Shown here piece after piece: positions 47,601-53,909 of a stretch of DNA of 58,793 bases (positions are counted from its first letter, which is position 1; every line of letters begins with the position of its first letter). This stretch comes from a virus (taxonomy: Duplodnaviria > Caudoviricetes). A program made the position numbers and the translations under genes. The stretch lies in the IMG/VR virus record IMGVR_UViG_3300048790_000047, positions 1 through 58,793 of that record; one strand, given 5' to 3'. The notes under the pieces were generated by a model. The model was not told the DNA's origin and ran no database searches. It was given only the letters and a program-made list of their open reading frames with translations.

Positions 47601-49314
47601 TTGAGGCCGGCGGCGGGAACTTCTCGAACGCAGACTTCACAGCCGTGTACGCGCCCTGCTTACGGGCAATGTCGGCTTTGCTGCGGCCAGTGACGTTGAG
47701 ACCGTCCACAACCGGCGCCTTCGACGGCACGCGAACCGTTGTACGTTCTGACTGGCCCGTGCGGCCAGTCTTCGCCGCAAGATACTGCGCTGCGAGCACC
47801 GCCTGTTTCGCAGGGGGAGCCTTCTCGAGGGCGTCAGCAACTTCGTTGGCGCCGATCTCGCGCATATGCGATATGGCTTCGGTAACAACTTTTGGCTGGG
47901 GACCCGTACCGGTCCGTTCGCCGCCCATATCGAGCGCCATAGTACCATTTGCCCGCTGCACCATCTGCGGTTGGCGCGCGTCTGCCATCGCCTGTAGGCG
48001 ATCATGATCGAGACCACGCTCGGCCAAGTGACCGGGCAGTTCTTCGTCAGATATATCATGCCCTGCGGCTTCGTCGTGCGGTCCAGCCTCGTAGGCATCG
48101 GGCTGCGCGTTAGCAGGGAGCGTGTCGTCCTCGCCAATAGCGGCATCGCCATAGTCGGCTTCGCTCTTGGGCTCGTGGTACGCGTCAGGATCGAGCGTGA
48201 TACCCTTATTCTCTTTGGGTGCGATCCCAGTGTCGAGAGGGAGGGACTCACCTGAGAGGGCGAGTTTCTCCGCCGGCGCCACGCCGTTCTCGATAGGCGT
48301 GATCGCGCCGTTCGGCTCGCCGCCACTCATGTCGATACCCTTAGGGTATTCACGCTCCGAGCGCTGCGGTGCGCTTTGCTCATTGCCCACCGTGTCCGGC
48401 GGGTACTCAGCGTTGACCGGCGGGTTATCCGCCGCGATACCTGGGGCAGTCGTCGTCACGTCGTCCTGGTCAACCGCGGCCGCGTCAGCTTCTTTATTAG
48501 GTGCATCTTGGTCAGGGCGACCGGGTGTGTTCGGGCCAGCGTGACCCGGCATAAGGCGCGCAGTCCCCGAGCGAGGTTCGTTGAACACGGCGCCAAGGAC
48601 GCCAGACACCGCGGCCTGTTTCCAGTCGATTGGCTGGTCGCTGCCCTTAGTGAGTTCTTGCTGCCCAACGTCAAAGCCCGCCATGCCGCCGCCAGTGAGC
48701 AAGCGTGATGCGAGGCTCCCTGCCAATTTGCCAGACTTGAACGCAGCAACGCTTTCGATACCCTGTGCAACGAGTGCAGCGTTCGGGTTGGCAGCGTCGT
48801 TCGCCTGGTTCTGAGCAGTGTCGTCCAGTCCGAGGGCGCGCTTGATAAGGTCCTGTGCTTTGCCAGCGATCCAGCCAGCACCTGCGCCAGCAACACCAGC
48901 ACCGATGAACCCGCCAACAGGTATCGAAAGACCGCCGGTGAACGGCGCCAATGGGGCACCGGCGGCGGCGCCGGCTGCAAAACCGGGACCCATCGCAGGG
49001 AGAGACGCTGCAAAAGGAAGCGCTTCGTCGGCAACGTGGCGCACGACGCTCCCGATCGGGCCTTCAGCTTGGGGTTTATCTTCAGCGGGAGCATACCCCG
49101 CGGCCTTGGCTTCCTCTGGCGTCATTACGCCGGGATCGACCTCGTGCGCAGGGGCGTACCCTGCCGCGCGTGCCTCTTCATCGGTCATTACATCGGAAGC
49201 AGCAGGGGCGTCAGATTGGGGCGCAGACGCAGGGCTACTAGCCTCGTCAGCAGGGGCGTACCCTGCCGCGCGTGCCTCTGCGTCGGTCATAACGTCGTCG
49301 TCAGTGTCGGCCAC
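44656..49314 (-). CDS. Large internal virion / DNA ejection protein
   Basis: 1552 aa, Ala/Gly-rich hydrophobic segments, three N-terminal VMT..EA.AAGYAPA repeats; last of three large genes after the tail genes. Confidence 0.7.
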   Translation of the reverse strand: MADTDDDVMTDAEARAAGYAPADEASSPASAPQSDAPAASDVMTDEEARAAGYAPAHEVDPGVMTPEEAKAAGYAPAEDKPQAEGPIGSVVRHVADEALPFAASLPAMGPGFAAGAAAGAPLAPFTGGLSIPVGGFIGAGVAGAGAGWIAGKAQDLIKRALGLDDTAQNQANDAANPNAALVAQGIESVAAFKSGKLAGSLASRLLTGGGMAGFDVGQQELTKGSDQPIDWKQAAVSGVLGAVFNEPRSGTARLMPGHAGPNTPGRPDQDAPNKEADAAAVDQDDVTTTAPGIAADNPPVNAEYPPDTVGNEQSAPQRSEREYPKGIDMSGGEPNGAITPIENGVAPAEKLALSGESLPLDTGIAPKENKGITLDPDAYHEPKSEADYGDAAIGEDDTLPANAQPDAYEAGPHDEAAGHDISDEELPGHLAERGLDHDRLQAMADARQPQMVQRANGTMALDMGGERTGTGPQPKVVTEAISHMREIGANEVADALEKAPPAKQAVLAAQYLAAKTGRTGQSERTTVRVPSKAPVVDGLNVTGRSKADIARKQGAYTAVKSAFEKFPPPASNLPPGPPSSEYVAALRDRLQGALDHAKEANGGKDPLGKLKDGGYQPAKKDAAYAWLKAAKKLVGGRMTTNDIAKFTADELQLRSGKAEDVENVNQTRRIKADSELRRAPTVEQAEATRAQDFPGETPHEDAEATTTPEPITDASQIKEPTGKTLDLTKPDTYVDPASITGNFKNIEAERLRLQAEKTARLKALKEAAQAEKSESPAKKFASDESGALDLQKVKDAAKRANDKINEIRTPSKEEIAEMEKPGSFRAKNAASPAEEYSRSIDDDLFKNTKKNEQNKVDNGKVADEARADPNYTDADRKQAYKAQEGGALQHLPAKLKAAYDKYTQPILDKNTVIRDAIKKLAGKNFVGPDVVNHVRRVLDNGASELDPNASANQTADPTQNRDLATRRRGTLKDRAFYALERVKDGQRTIMSPNSKGFTQWQNRVGKQVTDPGFEYKDGKQVKIGNDTYKMTEALTDEIEKHAMLNGKPVKYLQDAHLSAVAANQELTEVYNSLKYVDDLKAKANTPGTVENKYMTTDKKRAEDEGFEKTEMDTFNRPGSQWYMAPELKEVFDDYNKPGLSENGWDSARKLSQNVTKTLFWLPVKHILNVGAHWTIHRGAGWVTPEGWKQLAKTAPVAIRDVINQGPIQKEMREVGAANIYGGVATQDFVNNIARKLGHEIQSNAGQYKFIADHLGVGLGEIAAKIYDVSKHTMWAVNDMLNTQAYLEAKARGFTPKAAANYIAKDIPTYRMPTRLAGSRMLSKVYSDPLGFSFSRYHNGVINAMANTIKDARSGTKSQRVDAAARMILLGAIAYFVYPQLDKAAKYITGNNFASIARSGPWAVTSTLADTREGRADPTQAFRNIASVSPLLSAAKELYDNRDFAGRTIMSPGDVSAAMHGSVTAAGRVGVQAGEHAVRGLVSPFNTGENAGAKGLGLASGIRDEALAIKNPSPASSKFQIEAQKKANQEAINRFKKPRGSLERAYDYYTSPL

Positions 49315-49325
49315 GACTTATCGCC

Positions 49326-51107
49326 TTACTGCGCTACTTTCACGTATCCCGGCGGGGGGCGCTTACCCCCAGCGGAAGGTTGAGTCTGTCCTGGTGCAGG
49401 CGCCTGCGGGGCCTGGACCTGAGGAGCTTGATCCTGCGGAGCTTGCGGTTGCTGTCCATTTTGAGGCACAGCGGCGTACATAGCGTTCAGCACCTTGGTT
49501 GCCTGCGGTGTCAACTGACCACCGGTAAGGGGCATATTGGTAATTTCCCGGTCCAACGCACCGGCAGCGGCCTGGAACTGTTTACCCATGAGGCCCATCT
49601 TGGCGGCCTGGATCACGCCGTCTCGACGAAGGCTCTCCGCGTCGACAAGCCCCTTGGCACGGTTAGCCGACGATGCTTCACGCGAGCTTGCGTTCATCGC
49701 TGCGACGTTCTCCGCGGTATTACCGCGAATACTCCACGCCTTCGCGGCGTTCTCGCCCTGGGTTTTGGCGACTGTCACCTTGTTACCTTGGTCCGCGCGC
49801 TCTTTCATCGTGTCCTGTATCCACTTGTTGCGCTGTGGCTGCGCATCGGTGCCGGGGAACATTTCGTTGCCCTGGGCAACCAAGTCAGCCGGCAAAGTAG
49901 ACTTAGGCACGACGGAGTGGCTACCGCGCTTTGCCATCGCTGCATCGTCGTTGATATCGTTCTGATCGTCAGCCGCGCTCACGCGCGAACTCCCAGCGGA
50001 GTCAGGCGCTTGATCAGTATAACCTGGCGCACGGCCCGCGCCGAACTTGGCGTCGGCTGGTTGAATTTGGTCCAGCCCCTTGGTGAGGGACGCGATTACA
50101 GCCGGGCCGCTCTTTTCGTACACGTTGTCATACTGGCCATCAGGCCCGTTGACGAATTTATTGTACGCCTGCACAGGCATCTGAACCTGTTTTGTTTGGG
50201 CGCCGGGCGTGGTTACCGCCGCGGTAACGGACTTGCCGTCAACGCCGGGCTGGAACACGATGCTCGTGCCATCGAGCATGTTCGAGTACGCCTTGGTCGC
50301 GTACTGCGTCGACGCTGCGAGGTTCGGTGGTTTCCCATTGGCCCCGTTGAGCGCTGCGCCGGCGACCGCCTTCCATGCGTCATATTTTTGGCGATAGTGC
50401 TGCACGATGCCCCATGCTTTCGACGGGTCGCCCTGGCCATCCTCGCCGCCGGCCGCCGCCTGCACGGTCAGGAGTTTGCGCGTACCCTCGTCCATCTGCC
50501 CCTGCGGGTCGACTTGCTGCTCGATCTGCTGCACGGCCTGCGGGGGAGCCGCATCGGCGCCCTGGAGGTAGCGCATGATCTTGGCGCCCGCGCCCTGGAC
50601 CGCTCCCACGGCCGCTTGCACCGGCGGGTTATCAGTTGTGAGCGCGCCAGCGACTTTGCCCGGCGCGGCAGCGATATCGTTAATCGCGCCCTGGCTGATC
50701 GCTCCACGTCCTTGCGGCGTATCACCGGTAAAGATCGAGTTGTCAGGCGAGTTGGCCTGGTATGCGTCCGCTGCGGGTTCGCTATCAGGCGCGCCGCTTG
50801 CACCGGGCGCAAACTGCGCAGCAGGGCCAGCTTGATATGCGGCAGCAGCAGGGTCTTCGTCGACCGCGCCGCCTTCGTCAAAAGATATAGCGCCCTGTTG
50901 CGCGGGAGCTTGCGCGCTGTCATCCGAAGAGCCAGCACCGCCCAAGCCATTCAGCTTGCGGCCGTAGTCCATCGCCGCGTCGACGATATCGAGCGCGCCG
51001 TTGATATCAGGCTGACCCTGACCTTGCGAAGGATCAGCGCCAATGTTGATGGCTCCGCCGGCTGCGTAACCCATAGGCTGAGTACCTGGCATAGTTGAGA
51101 GAGACAT
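49326..51107 (-). CDS. Putative internal virion protein
   Basis: 593 aa, Ala/Gln-rich; YAAGGAI and FDEGGAV motifs. Confidence 0.65.
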   Translation of the reverse strand: MSLSTMPGTQPMGYAAGGAINIGADPSQGQGQPDINGALDIVDAAMDYGRKLNGLGGAGSSDDSAQAPAQQGAISFDEGGAVDEDPAAAAYQAGPAAQFAPGASGAPDSEPAADAYQANSPDNSIFTGDTPQGRGAISQGAINDIAAAPGKVAGALTTDNPPVQAAVGAVQGAGAKIMRYLQGADAAPPQAVQQIEQQVDPQGQMDEGTRKLLTVQAAAGGEDGQGDPSKAWGIVQHYRQKYDAWKAVAGAALNGANGKPPNLAASTQYATKAYSNMLDGTSIVFQPGVDGKSVTAAVTTPGAQTKQVQMPVQAYNKFVNGPDGQYDNVYEKSGPAVIASLTKGLDQIQPADAKFGAGRAPGYTDQAPDSAGSSRVSAADDQNDINDDAAMAKRGSHSVVPKSTLPADLVAQGNEMFPGTDAQPQRNKWIQDTMKERADQGNKVTVAKTQGENAAKAWSIRGNTAENVAAMNASSREASSANRAKGLVDAESLRRDGVIQAAKMGLMGKQFQAAAGALDREITNMPLTGGQLTPQATKVLNAMYAAVPQNGQQPQAPQDQAPQVQAPQAPAPGQTQPSAGGKRPPPGYVKVAQ

Positions 51108-51110
51108 TTG

Positions 51111-52829
51111 TTACCCCATCGCCTGACGTTGCGGGCGCTGCATCGGTTGAGTTGGGCGCATGGCGGGACGCGGCGCCGGGCGCGATGCGAACGTAGTCGG
51201 TTGACCAGCGTTCTGTCCCGGCGTTGCAGGCTTACCCTTTGCCGGGGCAGTGACCCGCGCCTTGCGCGACTGCGCAATGAGCTTCTGGAAGAACTCCTGG
51301 CCCTTCCACATGGCAACGTCGCGCGGGATGATGAACTCGCCCGCGTTCACGTTCGCTTTGATATCGTCGGTTTGCGCACCCTGGCTGGGACTGGCCGAGA
51401 ATGGTATGCCGCCGCCGGTTGTCGGAGCAGCCGACGGACCTCCCATAGGGATCGCGCCACCAGCAGCATAATCACTGTCAGAACCATCGCCGCCCGAAGT
51501 CGGGTCATAGCTCGATCCACCAGTCGTGTCATCGCCGTAATTGCTCGTGTCCGGCGCGGAATACGTCGATCCGCTCGTGTCGGGGGGCGTGTATGTGCCA
51601 CCCCCACCTGCGCCGGCATAGGGGTCACCGAACCCGCCGACCCCGCCCACTGAATTATCCGCCCACGGGGCGCCCGATTGTCCTGCTGAATTGGAGCCGC
51701 CAAACTGGAACGGATCGTAACCCGGCGTCGGGTTGTTTGCGTCAAAGCCATTGTCTACTCCACCATAGTTGTATGCGTTCGCGGGGTTACCGGACGAACC
51801 AGAGTCAGACGGGTTAGAAAACGTAGAAGCGCCGGCCGGCGCCCCATAGTTCTCCCACCCTGTGTTCACGTTATCAAACGGGCTCATAGGGTCGATCGCC
51901 CCCGGCGTGTTCTGCGGCCCATCAGGCGTGTTCTGCGGCCCATCAGGCGGGTGATTACCCCCCTGGGGCATCGGGCTTTTGTTGTTTATCAAATAGTCAT
52001 ACCCAGGGATGCCCGGGTTCGTGGGGTCGTTCCCGCTGCCCTGCTGGCTGCTGCGCTGACCCTGACCCTGGTTCGGGTTGCCCTGGCTCTGCGAACGCTG
52101 GCTGCTTCCGCTCGCGGTCCCAAGAGGAGGATACTTGAGCGAAGACGCCGTTTGCAGGAACTGATTGGGCGAAGTTGTTAGAGCAACGCCCGTATTGGCG
52201 TTCCCCAGCGCGGCGCCCTCGGCACCGGCCACGCCTTGAAGCTCGCTGTTCAGCGCGTTGACGGCCTGCCCCGGATACTGTTGGCCCACCTGGATCGCCT
52301 GTTCGCGAAGCTGGCGGCCGACGTTTTCGGTGTTCTCCTCAGCCTGGTTACCGGCGCCGGCTTCCGTCGCGGCGGCCTGGGACCGTTGGGCTTCTTCGAG
52401 GTCGGCATACCGGCCCGAGGACGGGTCGACGCCGAACGAGCGAAGGTTATCCTCAGCGCTAAGGCGGTTGCCGTTGGCGGCCTGCGCGGCATCGCTCTCC
52501 GCGGCGCCCATGTTCTGCGCGATGCGCGGGCTGCTGTTATAGCTGTCCGCGTCCGCAACAAGCTGGTTCTCTTCCGGCTGGAAGATGTTCTCATAGCGGT
52601 CGATGTTATTGATCGCCAAACCACCAGCGGCATCGGCCGCGGTGAGGTACTGGGCGATATTTTGGTCGGTGATGGCTGAGGTAGTGGCGTACGTCTGCTG
52701 CGCCCACGACGCCTGCTGTTGGGCAAGCTGGTTCGCATACTGTGCAATTTGGGTTAGAAGGCCAGCTTGGGAGTAGTCCGGAATAAATGAACTAGAGCCG
52801 GATGCCCCGCTGCTGCTACTTTCAGACAT
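51111..52829 (-). CDS. Putative DNA pilot/ejection protein
   Basis: Helical N-terminal half (GVDPSSGR), Gly/Ser-rich linker, YAAGGAI, TDDIKANVNAGEFIIPRDV. Confidence 0.65.
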   Translation of the reverse strand: MSESSSSGASGSSSFIPDYSQAGLLTQIAQYANQLAQQQASWAQQTYATTSAITDQNIAQYLTAADAAGGLAINNIDRYENIFQPEENQLVADADSYNSSPRIAQNMGAAESDAAQAANGNRLSAEDNLRSFGVDPSSGRYADLEEAQRSQAAATEAGAGNQAEENTENVGRQLREQAIQVGQQYPGQAVNALNSELQGVAGAEGAALGNANTGVALTTSPNQFLQTASSLKYPPLGTASGSSQRSQSQGNPNQGQGQRSSQQGSGNDPTNPGIPGYDYLINNKSPMPQGGNHPPDGPQNTPDGPQNTPGAIDPMSPFDNVNTGWENYGAPAGASTFSNPSDSGSSGNPANAYNYGGVDNGFDANNPTPGYDPFQFGGSNSAGQSGAPWADNSVGGVGGFGDPYAGAGGGGTYTPPDTSGSTYSAPDTSNYGDDTTGGSSYDPTSGGDGSDSDYAAGGAIPMGGPSAAPTTGGGIPFSASPSQGAQTDDIKANVNAGEFIIPRDVAMWKGQEFFQKLIAQSRKARVTAPAKGKPATPGQNAGQPTTFASRPAPRPAMRPTQPMQRPQRQAMG

Positions 52830-52872
52830 ATTACGGCCCCTGTACTGGTCCTAAACCATTACGCAAAAAGGG

Positions 52873-52887
52873 TAAACAGACGCTTAA
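52873..52887. promoter_or_regulatory. CtrA-type box (TAAA-N7-TTAA)
   Basis: taaa cagacgc ttaa upstream of the 52829 gene; overlaps the upstream stop codon. Confidence 0.5.
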
Positions 52888-53516
52888 AACGCCTTATTGT
52901 AGGTCATATACGCGACCGCCGGCAGGTGCTCTATGCTGAAGGTGAAGATGTTGAACACGTTAAGGGGGGACAGAAGATCGTGATTACCCTCGTATGGGCC
53001 AATAACGGTCTGAGTTATCAGCCCGGTAGCCGGATCAGGCACGTTCGTCGTCAATTCCGGGTAGGGCTGGGACGAGCTAGAATACGAGATAATCTGCTCC
53101 GTGGGGTTTGACCCCACCGGCGCATAGTACGAATAGCTGGGATCAGTGACTTTTCCACCGGCAGGAAGCGGCCCTGGAACGCCAGTGTCAAAGCCGTTCA
53201 GCGCAGTCATATACGGGCCGGCATACCCTTCGAGCACTATTCCGCCGTCAAATGTCGCTACGTATGTGATCGCGCTGATGCAATCAGAATACTTCACGCC
53301 GCTGAAGATGCTACCGAGATTGGGCGACCCAGACGAAACTAGGGTGCTATACTCGGCGGCGCTTATCGGAACCCAATATGCCGGAAATGCCCCTGGCCCA
53401 GGTAGATTGGCGCTCTTCACATAGATTTTGTTCTGGGCCGGCCCGGTCGGGTTTACGCCCGAGCGCCAGTGCACAGCCGTTATCTGTTCAAGAAAGTCTT
53501 CTGCGTAATCGACCAT
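52884..53516 (-). CDS. Hypothetical virion/tail protein
   Basis: 210 aa in the tail operon. Confidence 0.6.
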   Translation of the reverse strand: MVDYAEDFLEQITAVHWRSGVNPTGPAQNKIYVKSANLPGPGAFPAYWVPISAAEYSTLVSSGSPNLGSIFSGVKYSDCISAITYVATFDGGIVLEGYAGPYMTALNGFDTGVPGPLPAGGKVTDPSYSYYAPVGSNPTEQIISYSSSSQPYPELTTNVPDPATGLITQTVIGPYEGNHDLLSPLNVFNIFTFSIEHLPAVAYMTYNKAF

Positions 53517-53519
53517 AGG

Positions 53520-53909
53520 TTACTGTCCCGAGGGGTCCCCGGTTGCAGCACGGTTCCATATCCACTTTTCGCCGGTGATCGAGTCCCCCATCGTAAGCTG
53601 GTTGATGCGAAGCACGTCAATGTACTGCGTCTTGTCGCTTGGATTGTAAATCCTTACCGTCGCGGTAACGCGACTGCCGGGAAGCTCCACCCACCGGCCG
53701 ACGGTCTTTCCGCTGCCGCCAGCAACATTGACTCCGCCGCTTTTGGCAAGGAGCCCAGAAGTCAGGGACACGATGTTATTGAGCGCAGCGACGGACGCCA
53801 TCAGGCCAGCGATAGTCGGCGTTGGCGGGATCACTCCGGTCAGCTTGATGTTCGGCGCCGACGCAGCAGGCGTGAGCGGCTTCACGTAGCAAATTGGTGC
53901 GTTGGCCAT
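53520..53909 (-). CDS. Hypothetical virion/tail protein
   Basis: 129 aa; start overlaps the upstream stop; contains the palindrome copy at 53654. Confidence 0.65.
   Translation of the reverse strand: MANAPICYVKPLTPAASAPNIKLTGVIPPTPTIAGLMASVAALNNIVSLTSGLLAKSGGVNVAGGSGKTVGRWVELPGSRVTATVRIYNPSDKTQYIDVLRINQLTMGDSITGEKWIWNRAATGDPSGQ

Noticed and set aside
49713-49727. CGCGGTATTACCGCG, the motif half-sites in inverted order
   Set aside because: Single occurrence with a different geometry; not counted as a motif copy
49380-51098. 572-aa plus-strand ORF (also 4543..5514 and 11552..12325 minus)
   Set aside because: Shadow ORFs opposite well-supported genes in GC-rich DNA, with no recognisable motifs
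51904-51947. 21-nt tandem duplication (PDGPQNT x2), and scaffold repeats at about 3920-4050, as a DGR or contingency locus
   Set aside because: In-frame low-complexity linker duplications; no reverse transcriptase or adenine-specific variation
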